Positions 25,217-33,252 of a stretch of 42,523 bases of DNA are shown here, piece by piece (position 1 is the first letter of the stretch; every line of letters starts with the position of its first letter). The notes under the pieces are model-generated. The model saw only the letters and a program-made list of their open reading frames with translations. It did no database searches and was not told the DNA's origin. Both the position numbers and the translations under genes were made by a program. This stretch comes from Minisyncoccia bacterium (GTDB lineage: Bacteria; Patescibacteriota; Minisyncoccia; Phycocordibacterales; UBA918): assembly GCA_050292865.1 (NCBI GenBank), contig JBNKMC010000001.1, positions 1 to 42,523 of the forward strand, given 5' to 3'.

Positions 25217-26872
25217 ATGGAACATCTATACTGTCCCTGGGAACCAGCAACATTTTTGTTTATATCCTCAAATGTCCCATTACTTATCAATTACTCACAT
25301 TTTATTGCAATCTTTTCTGCAATGGCGATGGGTCTTCTTATTTTTTTTAACGACCCGCGGAGCTTACTCTCCAGACTGTTTGTGCTTTTTGCTACCAGTT
25401 TTAGCATCTGGGCATTATTGGACGTGGGATTGTGGGCGACAAACAACCCTGCAGTTGTTATGTTTTCTTGGTCATTGCAAGTACTCCTTGAACCACTGAC
25501 ATATACGATTGCCTTTTTCCTGTTCCATACATACATACACAAAAAACTCCCTCCATTTAAACAGCAACTCATTGTATTTAGCGTCCTTTTACCACTCCTT
25601 ATCTTGCTACCGACCACACTTAATCTCGAAGCCCTCCAACTATCTAGCTGCGAAAGTATTGAGGGACCATTGGCAAAATACTACACCTATATAGCCAACC
25701 TGAGTTTTATTATTATGATTTTGGCGGTCTGGTTTAAAAACAGACCTACTCTGGATCAGAAATTCAAGCGCTCTACCGCCTTCTTCCTCACTGGCTTGAT
25801 TACATTTCTTCTCTCATTTACCTCAGGCAATATCATCAGTAGCTTTACCGATGATTGGACAATTAGCCAATATGGCCTATTTGGTATGCCTGTATTTGCA
25901 GCACTCATCGCATACAGTATTGTTCGCTTCAATATTTTTAAAATCCAGATAGCGGGAGCGCAAATGTTGGTTACTATTCTTTGGATTCTTGTGTGTTCAC
26001 TCCTTTTCGTTGAAACTGAGCTCTTCACCATCATTACAAGCATCACCCTGTTGTTTACTACAATCGCTGGATTCTTTCTCATCAATAGTGTACGCAAAGA
26101 AGTGGAGCAACGCGAAGAAATTGAAGAGTTGGCAGAGAGGCTGGAGCGAGCAAATAAAAGACTAAAGGAATTGGACAAGATGAAGTCTGAGTTTGTCTCT
26201 ATTGCCAGCCATCAACTACGTAGTCCGCTTACATCAATTCGTGGCTATACTTCCATGTTGCTTGAAGGTTCTTTTGGCAAACTGCCACAAAAGGCAGCGG
26301 ACGCTATTGAGAGAATTGGTGAGTCAAGCAAATACATGTCGACCTCTGTCGAGGACTATCTAAACGTCTCACGTATCCAAGCTGGCAACATGAAGTATGA
26401 GTATTCCGATGTAAATATTTGCAAACTACTTGAAGACATTACTGACGAACTGCGACAACCAGCTGTCAAAAAAGGATTGTTGTTAACACTTAAAAAGAAT
26501 TGTTCGATTAAGGGACTGGTAAATGTTGATGTCGGCAAGACCAGACAAATAATTCACAACCTGATAAACAACGCTATTAAGTACACTCCTGAAGGTTCTA
26601 TTAAAGTGTCAGCGCGAGATATTGCAAACCCTAGTCGTGTATTCATCGACATTACTGATACCGGTGTTGGCATGAACCCACATACTATCGAAAAAATGTT
26701 TGAGAAATTCCAAAGAGCAGACAACGCCAATGGAGTTAACTCATCTGGTACCGGACTTGGTCTATATATCGCCCGCAAGATGGCTGAGGATATGGGCGGC
26801 AGCATTACAGCTACCTCGGAAGGAGAGGGTAAGGGGTCTACCTTTACCTTGGAACTTCCACTTAAGGGGTAA
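25217..26872 (+). CDS. Sensor histidine kinase with a polytopic N-terminal membrane domain (no cognate response regulator in the window)
   Basis: H-box SHQLRSPL, N-box NLINNAIKYT, G1 DTGVGM, G2 GTGLGL. Confidence 0.9.
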   Translation: MEHLYCPWEPATFLFISSNVPLLINYSHFIAIFSAMAMGLLIFFNDPRSLLSRLFVLFATSFSIWALLDVGLWATNNPAVVMFSWSLQVLLEPLTYTIAFFLFHTYIHKKLPPFKQQLIVFSVLLPLLILLPTTLNLEALQLSSCESIEGPLAKYYTYIANLSFIIMILAVWFKNRPTLDQKFKRSTAFFLTGLITFLLSFTSGNIISSFTDDWTISQYGLFGMPVFAALIAYSIVRFNIFKIQIAGAQMLVTILWILVCSLLFVETELFTIITSITLLFTTIAGFFLINSVRKEVEQREEIEELAERLERANKRLKELDKMKSEFVSIASHQLRSPLTSIRGYTSMLLEGSFGKLPQKAADAIERIGESSKYMSTSVEDYLNVSRIQAGNMKYEYSDVNICKLLEDITDELRQPAVKKGLLLTLKKNCSIKGLVNVDVGKTRQIIHNLINNAIKYTPEGSIKVSARDIANPSRVFIDITDTGVGMNPHTIEKMFEKFQRADNANGVNSSGTGLGLYIARKMAEDMGGSITATSEGEGKGSTFTLELPLKG

Positions 26873-26884
26873 GATTGGGGCGGT

Positions 26885-26945
26885 GGCGGATTGGCAAAAG
26901 CCGGAGGGAGTGCGGAGCACTCCCTCCGGCTTTTGCCAATCCGCC
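26885..26945. repeat. 61-nt perfect palindrome (29-bp stem, GGA loop) between the kinase and trpS
   Basis: GGCGGATTGGCAAAAGCCGGAGGGAGTGC GGA GCACTCCCTCCGGCTTTTGCCAATCCGCC. No flanking U-tract on either strand. Confidence 0.85.
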
Positions 26946-26968
26946 CACTCCTTGCTAAACTTACCTTA

Positions 26969-27907
26969 ATGAAAAAACGACTACTAACCGGCCTACAATC
27001 ATCCGGCACACTACACATCGGTAACTACTTTGGCGCCTTAAAGCCCTTTGTTGATAGCTACGAAAATTACGAAAGCTTCCTCATGGTTGCCGACTATCAT
27101 GCTCTTACAAGTTTACGCGACCCAAAGGAGATGCACGACAATATCATCAGCGTGGTTAAAGACTACCTAGCAGTTGGTGTAGATCCGAAAAAGGCAGTTA
27201 TCTTCCGCCAGTCAGACAACCAAGACCACACCGAACTCGGCTGGGTATTCAACTGTATGGTCACCGTGCCATTTCTCCAGCAAGCCCACGCCTACAAAGA
27301 CAAAGTGGCCAAGGGTCTAGAAGCTAACGCTGGTTTATTTACCTACCCAATGTTGCAAGCGGCTGACATCGCTCTCTACGACACAGACGTTGTACCAGTG
27401 GGTGAGGACCAGCGCCAACATATCGAGTACGCCCGCGAAGCTGTGGGAAAATTCAACCGCACCTACGGTGCGGTTCTGAAGGAACCTAAGGAAGTCATCA
27501 TCGAAGGAGTAGGAATCGTACCAGGAACAGACGGGGAGAAGATGAGTAAAAGTAAAGGTAACACCATTCCGTTATTTGGCACTCAAAAAGAAATCGAAAA
27601 AGCTGTCATGGGTATAGTCACCGACTCTACGGGCGAGCGACCAGAAAACGTTTATGCCATCCATCGTCTATTAAAGTCTGCCGAAGAACTAGACCCTATA
27701 TATGAAGCTCACAAAGGTCGCTATGGTGACCTCAAGAAAATGCTGGCTGCCGACCTGGAGGACTTCATTGCACCAATGCGTGCCAGGCGTGACGCTATCA
27801 CCAACGAAGAGGTTAAGGCTGTCCTAGAAGACGGCGTGAAGAGAGCGAAGGAAATATCAAACAAAACCCTCAACAGCGTCCGCACAGCAATTGGCATCAA
27901 TTTGTAA
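26969..27907 (+). CDS. trpS: Tryptophan--tRNA ligase
   Basis: HIGNYFG (HIGH) and KMSKS motifs. The ATG at 26969 is preferred because the track start lies inside the palindrome. Confidence 0.93.
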   Translation: MKKRLLTGLQSSGTLHIGNYFGALKPFVDSYENYESFLMVADYHALTSLRDPKEMHDNIISVVKDYLAVGVDPKKAVIFRQSDNQDHTELGWVFNCMVTVPFLQQAHAYKDKVAKGLEANAGLFTYPMLQAADIALYDTDVVPVGEDQRQHIEYAREAVGKFNRTYGAVLKEPKEVIIEGVGIVPGTDGEKMSKSKGNTIPLFGTQKEIEKAVMGIVTDSTGERPENVYAIHRLLKSAEELDPIYEAHKGRYGDLKKMLAADLEDFIAPMRARRDAITNEEVKAVLEDGVKRAKEISNKTLNSVRTAIGINL

Positions 27908-27936
27908 CCATGCTATGCTAAAACTAAACCCATGAA

Positions 27937-28190
27937 GCGGCTGACACCGTGGAGGTGGGGGAAGAAAAGTGAGGAGCCGCCGGTTTCAAATGATAAATCA
28001 TTTGAAACCGGCGGCCAACCACAGAGTAGAACCCTCCGGGAGCGCCCGACACAGCGCGGTCGATAAATAAAGGTGTCAAAATGGCTTCGCCATTTTGACA
28101 CGAAGTAGGGTGGCACCGCGACCCGCAACACAAGTTGCAATCGCCCCTGCATATGTATTAGTTATTAATATATTTGCAGGGGCGATTTAA
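27937..28190 (+). promoter_or_regulatory. T-box riboswitch leader (Asp specifier) upstream of aspS
   Basis: T-box sequence AGGGTGGCACCGCG at 28107..28120. The antiterminator AGGG[UGGCACC]GCGA can pair with UCGC-CCCU, which also forms the 5' arm of the terminator (28139..28151 pairs with 28175..28187). GAC followed by A at 28048..28051 sits directly 5' of the basal Stem I helix (27937..27943 pairs with 28052..28057). Confidence 0.85.
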
Positions 28191-28337
28191 TTTCTCCCAA
28201 AACTAGCACATCCGCACCGGCTTCAGAATTTTTGCTCCAGCACTGTACATCTTAGTACAGTTTAGTCTCAAAAATTCTTCCAGCCAGCACATCTGTATCT
28301 AGTTTTGAAAGAAATCAGTTTTTGCAAAAACAAAATT

Positions 28338-29702
28338 ATGGAAAGAACACTACTAAAAGACCTCAAAACACAAGTGGGGCAAGAAGTAACAATTAACGGA
28401 ATCGCGGATGTTGTCCGCCTGCAAGGCAAGATGGCCTTTTTCGACTTCCGTGACCGCACCGGAATCATTCAAGGTGTGGTATTTGGCAAACCAGAAGTAC
28501 TAGAGGTAGCAAGGGAAGTTAGTCCAGAATCTGCAGTTAGCGTAACTGGTATCGTCAATGAGCGACCGGAAAAAATGATCAACGACAAAGTAGAAAACGG
28601 TGACATCGAGCTCGAAATCACCGGTATTGAAATACTCAACAAGGCTGATTCATTACCCTTTGATATGGACGGGGAGTTTTCTATTGAAACTCTTTTAGAC
28701 AACCGACCACTGACTCTACGCAGGAAGCACGAACAAGCTATCTTCAAAGTCCAAGCAACTATTGTGGAAGCCTACGGTGAATATCTTCGAAGTGAAGGCT
28801 TTACCGAATTCCAAGCTCCAAAGATAGTAGGTGGCGACGCTGAGGGAGGGGCAGAGGTATTCAAGATAGAGTACTTCAAAGACCGCATGGCCTCACTTGC
28901 TACCAGCCCTCAGCTATACAAGCAGATAATGGTGGGAGTATTTGAGAGAGTTTTCACCTTTGCTACCGCCTTCCGCGCTGAGAAAAGTGCTACCACTCGT
29001 CACCTTAGTGAATACACGTCACTCGACGCCGAGATTGGTTTCATCAAAGACCATCACGATATCATGCGTATTGAGACAGGTCTGATGCGTCACATTAGTC
29101 AAAAACTAGCAGAAAAAAATGTTAAGGACCTAGAGGTACTAGGTATGGAGCTACCAAAGATCCCCGATGGCGATACCTTCCCATTCATGAAGCTACGTGA
29201 GGCACAGGAACTCATTAAGGAAAAAACTGGCGTAGACAAAACCAACGAGCCAGACCTAGAGCCAGAAGACGAGCGTTGGCTTTGCGAATACGCGGCGACA
29301 GAATTGGGTAGCGACTTTATCTTCGTGACTCACTACCCAGTTAGCAAACGCCCATTCTATACCATGGAGGACAGCGAGGACCCAGGCTTCACCAAGAGCT
29401 TCGACTTACTATTCCGCGGTGTCGAAATAACCACTGGTGGTCAGCGTGTACATGACCTGGATATGCTTAAAACCAAATTGGCAACCAAAGGACTAGACCC
29501 AAAGAACTTTGAATTCTACTTCCAAACATTCAAGTATGGCATTCCACCACACGGTGGCTGGGGCATGGGGCTTGAACGTCTCACAGCCAAGTTCTGCGGT
29601 GTGAAAAACGTAAAAGAAGCCACATTATTCCCACGTGACATTAACCGTATCGACACACTTCTTTCTACCACTGAAGAGGAGAGTAGTGACGACGAAGAGT
29701 AA
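28338..29702 (+). CDS. aspS: Aspartate--tRNA ligase, short archaeal/eukaryote-like type (possibly non-discriminating)
   Basis: N-terminal OB fold, class II motifs (FRAE, GGWGMGLERL), and an acidic C-terminal tail. ATG at 28338. Confidence 0.92.
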   Translation: MERTLLKDLKTQVGQEVTINGIADVVRLQGKMAFFDFRDRTGIIQGVVFGKPEVLEVAREVSPESAVSVTGIVNERPEKMINDKVENGDIELEITGIEILNKADSLPFDMDGEFSIETLLDNRPLTLRRKHEQAIFKVQATIVEAYGEYLRSEGFTEFQAPKIVGGDAEGGAEVFKIEYFKDRMASLATSPQLYKQIMVGVFERVFTFATAFRAEKSATTRHLSEYTSLDAEIGFIKDHHDIMRIETGLMRHISQKLAEKNVKDLEVLGMELPKIPDGDTFPFMKLREAQELIKEKTGVDKTNEPDLEPEDERWLCEYAATELGSDFIFVTHYPVSKRPFYTMEDSEDPGFTKSFDLLFRGVEITTGGQRVHDLDMLKTKLATKGLDPKNFEFYFQTFKYGIPPHGGWGMGLERLTAKFCGVKNVKEATLFPRDINRIDTLLSTTEEESSDDEE

Positions 29703-29707
29703 AAATT

Positions 29708-29737
29708 ATGCGGCGGCCTCCGGACGCCGCATTTTTT
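29708..29737 (+). terminator. aspS intrinsic terminator
   Basis: ATGCGGCG GCCTCCGGA CGCCGCAT followed by TTTTT. Confidence 0.75.
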
Positions 29738-29751
29738 GCTTAAATACAACC

Positions 29752-30984
29752 ATGAAACAAAGCTACACACCCTCACAAAAAACGCTGGAAAAATATGCTG
29801 AACTAATAGTGCAGTTTGGCCTGCGTGACAAAGATGAAAACAAACCAAAGCCCGGAGCAGTGGTGCACTTTATGGTGCCAGAAGCCGCCAAGCCTCTATA
29901 CTTCCACCTGCAACGAGCAATTCTAAGAAACGGCTACCATCCGCTTGGTCAGTACTTTCCTAGCAGCGACGCCGAGTACAACTTCCAAAAAGACTTCTAC
30001 CGCATAGCCAACGACAGTCAACTAGACTTTGCTCCAGAAAAATTAAACAAAGCTCTAATCGACCAAATTGACTGCACCATATTGGTACTAGCAGAAACCA
30101 ATCATCACGAACTAAACAACATCAACACAGAAAAAATCTTCCGTCACAACAAAGCTCGTAGTGGCTCCATCAGCTACAAACGAAAGAAGATAGACGAAGG
30201 AAAACTCAACTGGACCATTGTTCTTTATGGTACCGATGCTGGAGCAGCCGAGGTGGGGATGACATCCAAACAGTACTGGAATGAAATCATCAAAGCCTGC
30301 TACCTAGACGCCAAAGATCCAATAAAAGAATGGGGGAGGATAGACAAAACCGTTCAGAAAACAGCCGCCAAGCTTACAGAGATGGAAATCGAATCCTTGC
30401 ACATGACAGGAGACGATGTTGACTTACATGTCGGCATTGGCAAAGACCGAGTCTGGCGCGCCGGCGGCGGCAATAATATTCCGTCTTACGAAGTATTTAC
30501 TTCACCCAACTGGCGCGAGGTGAGTGGCTGGATTCGCTTTAACCAACCTTTCTATCGTCATGGTAAAAAGATTGAAGGCATCGAATTGTGGTTTGAGAAG
30601 GGGGTAGTAGTAAAATCCAAAGCCAGCAAGAATCACTCGCTTCTTAAAGGTATGCTGGAGACAGCTGGCGGTAATAAACTGGGTGAGTTTTCTCTAACCG
30701 ACGGACGTCTCTCACGTATCACCAAATTTATGGCCGAGACCCTATACGACGAAAACACTGGCGGCCGCTTCGGTAACTCACACGTCGCCATTGGTGCGTC
30801 TTTCCGCGATTGTTACAAAGGCAAGTTCAACCCGAAGTGGAAGAATGCCGATTGGGATAAGCTTGGTTTTAATAACTCACAAGTTCACTCTGACCTTGTT
30901 ACCACTACCGACCGTACTGTAGTGGCCACACTTAAGGATGGCAAAGAAAAGACTATTTATAAGGACGGGAAGTTCACCATATAG
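29752..30984 (+). CDS. M29-family aminopeptidase (AmpS/PepS-like)
   Basis: GEFSLTDGR...TLYDEN.GG..GNSHVAIG resembles the conserved C-terminal core of thermophilic metalloaminopeptidases. ATG at 29752. Confidence 0.8.
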   Translation: MKQSYTPSQKTLEKYAELIVQFGLRDKDENKPKPGAVVHFMVPEAAKPLYFHLQRAILRNGYHPLGQYFPSSDAEYNFQKDFYRIANDSQLDFAPEKLNKALIDQIDCTILVLAETNHHELNNINTEKIFRHNKARSGSISYKRKKIDEGKLNWTIVLYGTDAGAAEVGMTSKQYWNEIIKACYLDAKDPIKEWGRIDKTVQKTAAKLTEMEIESLHMTGDDVDLHVGIGKDRVWRAGGGNNIPSYEVFTSPNWREVSGWIRFNQPFYRHGKKIEGIELWFEKGVVVKSKASKNHSLLKGMLETAGGNKLGEFSLTDGRLSRITKFMAETLYDENTGGRFGNSHVAIGASFRDCYKGKFNPKWKNADWDKLGFNNSQVHSDLVTTTDRTVVATLKDGKEKTIYKDGKFTI

Positions 30985-31036
30985 ACCTTATATCATGTTA
31001 TTATTTATTTAATATTTAGTAGGTTAAAAAAGACAT

Positions 31037-31294
31037 ATGCCATTTGAAGGATTACCACAAAGAAACGAGCAGCTCGACGAAAATGTAAAAAATGATATCA
31101 TCGCGTACCTTACAGATATGGGTATGTCAGCCGACGAACTTCTAACTCCAACAGCTGAAGATACTGAAGAAAACATCAGTTTAGCTCGTCGGCAATTATG
31201 CGAATTTTTAGATTCAGATACGGGGATAAAAATTGATGAAGAGAAACTAATAGAATATCTTACCGAGGTAAGAAGTAACAACGAGAATCAATAA
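31037..31294 (+). CDS. Hypothetical acidic protein (85 aa)
   Basis: Clean ORF followed by a hairpin. No motif recognised. Confidence 0.5.
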   Translation: MPFEGLPQRNEQLDENVKNDIIAYLTDMGMSADELLTPTAEDTEENISLARRQLCEFLDSDTGIKIDEEKLIEYLTEVRSNNENQ

Positions 31295-31296
31295 TC

Positions 31297-31331
31297 AAAA
31301 CAGCGGGAAAGCTCCGCTTTCCCGCTGTTTT
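31297..31331. terminator. Perfect hairpin (16-bp stem, TCC loop) with A/T runs on both sides
   Basis: AAAACAGCGGGAAAGC TCC GCTTTCCCGCTGTTTT. Confidence 0.7.
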
Positions 31332-31359
31332 GACTGTATCGTCATGGTATTATTTCTCT

Positions 31360-32106
31360 ATGACAACTATGTCTCCTGACATTGATATCTTCTCTATTAA
31401 AACCGAAGTCTTTGAAGGACCTCTGGAGCTACTTTTGGAGTTGGTAGAAAAGCGCAAACTGCTCATCAACGACATCTCACTCGCCGAAGTGACAGACGAA
31501 TACATGGCACGCGTCTCAGACATGCAGGAGAAGTCCCTACCAAACACAGCCCAGTTTGTACAACTGGCCGCTACTTTGCTACTCATAAAATCCAAGTCAC
31601 TCCTGCCAGTTTTGGAACTTTCTCAAGAAGAGGAGGAGATCATCGATGACTTAGAGATTCGCTTGCGTCGTTACGCCATTTATCGTGATATTGCGAAGGG
31701 GATAGAGGAGCAATTTGGCAGCAAAATGCTCCACGAGCGACAATATGTACCAGACCTCACGCCACTTTTTGTGACAGACCACTTCACTACCACAGAAGCT
31801 CTGCGTGAGTCAATGAACGACGTACTAAGTAACCTACCCAAGAAGGTAGAGCAGCCAAAGGTTCGTGTAAAAAAAGTTATTTCTCTGGACGAAATGATTG
31901 CTAGACTTGAGACTCGCATCAAAGAACAAATGAACCTACGTTTTAGTGAACTACTAGAAAATGAAAAAGAAAAACCAATCGTGATTGTCGGTTTCTTAGC
32001 CGTCTTGGAATCCGTTAAACAAGGCAGTATTTTAGTAGAACAGGCCGAACGCTTCGCCGATATAGAAATCAGTGTCGAAGGACCAGTTACACCTAGGTAT
32101 TATTAA
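31360..32106 (+). CDS. scpA: Segregation and condensation protein A
   Basis: FEGPLELLLELVEKRKLLINDISLAEVTDEY is the typical ScpA N-terminus. ATG at 31360. Confidence 0.88.
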   Translation: MTTMSPDIDIFSIKTEVFEGPLELLLELVEKRKLLINDISLAEVTDEYMARVSDMQEKSLPNTAQFVQLAATLLLIKSKSLLPVLELSQEEEEIIDDLEIRLRRYAIYRDIAKGIEEQFGSKMLHERQYVPDLTPLFVTDHFTTTEALRESMNDVLSNLPKKVEQPKVRVKKVISLDEMIARLETRIKEQMNLRFSELLENEKEKPIVIVGFLAVLESVKQGSILVEQAERFADIEISVEGPVTPRYY

Positions 32107-32110
32107 AGAC

Positions 32111-32142
32111 AAAAGAAAAGGCGCAACCACATGGATTGCGCC
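32111..32142 (-). terminator. Intrinsic terminator oriented for the minus strand
   Basis: On the minus strand: GGCGCAATCCATGTGGTTGCGCC followed by TTTTCTTTT. On the plus strand no T-run follows. Confidence 0.65.
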
Positions 32143-32555
32143 GTTGTGTGAGCTTTACTGCGGGGTACTCAACACGCGGAAGCTCGCAAACTTCCTAACC
32201 CTTTAGGCTGTGATTTTCAGAGTCAGCCTTCTACTCCGTAACGTCCAGGTAGTTTACACCACCCAGACGCAATATAATCGTTCAAAAAACATGCCGTTGT
32301 CCTTTTTGCTTACCTGCAACCAAATCTAATCTCCGTCGTGGAGAATAGGCGGTTGCAGGACTTACGGGGCCGAGCCATGGCATCCTCGTCAGGAGATGCT
32401 CCCTAGAGGCGCTGCGGCTCGGCGGCCGGCGCGCGGCGATCAGATCGCAGCGGCGGCGATCTGATCGGGGATACCATTACGCGGGAAAAGCTCTTCCCGC
32501 GGCGGGCCAGAATCGAAGAACAGTTTCATCGCTTTCTCCTTTTTTTGGTTGCGAT
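32113..32555 (-). ncRNA. Candidate structured RNA of about 440 nt (unknown family) transcribed antisense between scpA and scpB
   Basis: Promoter and terminator both face the minus strand. At least six strong helices are present. One helix (32241..32270) has G-U pairs only when read on the minus strand. The core is very GC-rich. I found no RNase P, tmRNA or SRP signature. Confidence 0.45.
32440..32529 (-). CDS. Possible 29-aa sORF (MKLFFDSGPPREELFPRNGIPDQIAAAAI) at the 5' end of the antisense unit
   Basis: AAGGAGAAAGCG precedes the ATG. However, the ORF is built from two perfect hairpins (8 bp and 11 bp), so it may be non-coding. Confidence 0.25.
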   Translation of the reverse strand: MKLFFDSGPPREELFPRNGIPDQIAAAAI

Positions 32556-32561
32556 TTAAAT

Positions 32562-32589
32562 ATACTAGCACATGTAAAATATTTGTCAA
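32562..32589 (-). promoter_or_regulatory. Minus-strand promoter: TTGACA, 16-nt spacer, TGc-TAGTAT (extended -10)
   Basis: Reverse complement of 32562..32589 reads TTGACAAATATTTTACATGTGCTAGTAT. Confidence 0.5.
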
Positions 32590-32701
32590 TAGTAGGCAAG
32601 CGAAACTAGGAAATGTCAAAAAGGGTGTTCTATACAAAATAGACTAACCACAGGAGAAAATCGCACAGAGGGGTAAAAAAAGCTATAATAAACAGGTAAA
32701 T

Positions 32702-33247
32702 ATGGATGGATTATCGCTCGACCAGAAGCTCGAAGGAGTTTTGTTTTACAAAGGTACACCGCAGAAAAAGGCGGCGCTTTGTAAGTTGTTTGAAGTGGGG
32801 GAAGAGGAGCTTGGCACCGCTCTCAAGGCGCTCAAAGAGCGCCTTGAGAGCGGTGCCCTTCGACTCCTCGAGACAGACACCGACATCCAACTAGTCACCA
32901 CCTCAGAGATGGACGAACTTATCGAGTCTATCCGCAAAGACGAACTCAAACGTGACATTGGTAAAGCCGGCGCCGAGACACTTGCTATCATTCTTTATCG
33001 TGGACCACTGACTCGCCCAGACATCGACCGTATTCGCGGTGTCAACTCAGCCTTCATCCTACGCAACCTTCTTATGCGTGGTTTGGTAGAACGCCAACAA
33101 AAAGGCAATACCTACACCTTCGACATCACCCCAACCCTACTGGCTCACCTTGGTGTTACCAGCAAGCAAGACTTGCCAGATAGAGACATTATCCTCGACC
33201 AACTGGAAGCCTTTGAACGCGATGTAGCAGAACAAGAGAACGCCTAA
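32702..33247 (+). CDS. scpB: Segregation and condensation protein B
   Basis: LEGVLFY.G.P and winged-helix repeats (AETLAIILYRGPLTRPDIDRIRGV). Confidence 0.9.
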   Translation: MDGLSLDQKLEGVLFYKGTPQKKAALCKLFEVGEEELGTALKALKERLESGALRLLETDTDIQLVTTSEMDELIESIRKDELKRDIGKAGAETLAIILYRGPLTRPDIDRIRGVNSAFILRNLLMRGLVERQQKGNTYTFDITPTLLAHLGVTSKQDLPDRDIILDQLEAFERDVAEQENA

Positions 33248-33252
33248 TAAAT

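Noticed and set aside
25021-25290. 89-aa minus-strand ORF and 100-aa plus-strand ORF (25197..25499) around the kinase start
   Set aside because: They overlap the kinase coding region or the sORF in other frames, and have no start signals and no recognisable sequence.
26891-26968. N-terminal extensions in the ORF track (trpS 26891, aspS 28305, aminopeptidase 29635, gltX 37574, recombinase 41276, pepF 4700, FtsA-like 9728, membrane protein 22329, scpA 31330)
   Set aside because: The extensions start at TTG or GTG, read through terminator or REP hairpins or the upstream gene, and add non-homologous residues. Internal ATGs restore canonical N-termini.
32107-32701. Could the structured minus-strand RNA be tmRNA, RNase P RNA, SRP RNA or a hammerhead ribozyme?
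   Set aside because: There is no GGAAAGUCC / ACAGAA..GGCUUA RNase P core. There is no GGGG 5' end, T-arm or CCA-proximal acceptor for tmRNA, and the TTCGATTC segment has no flanking T-stem. There is no SRP domain IV GGAA/AGCA loop pair. CUGACGAG at about 32377..32384 (minus strand) resembles a hammerhead box, but no GAAA box or suitable stem II/III follows.
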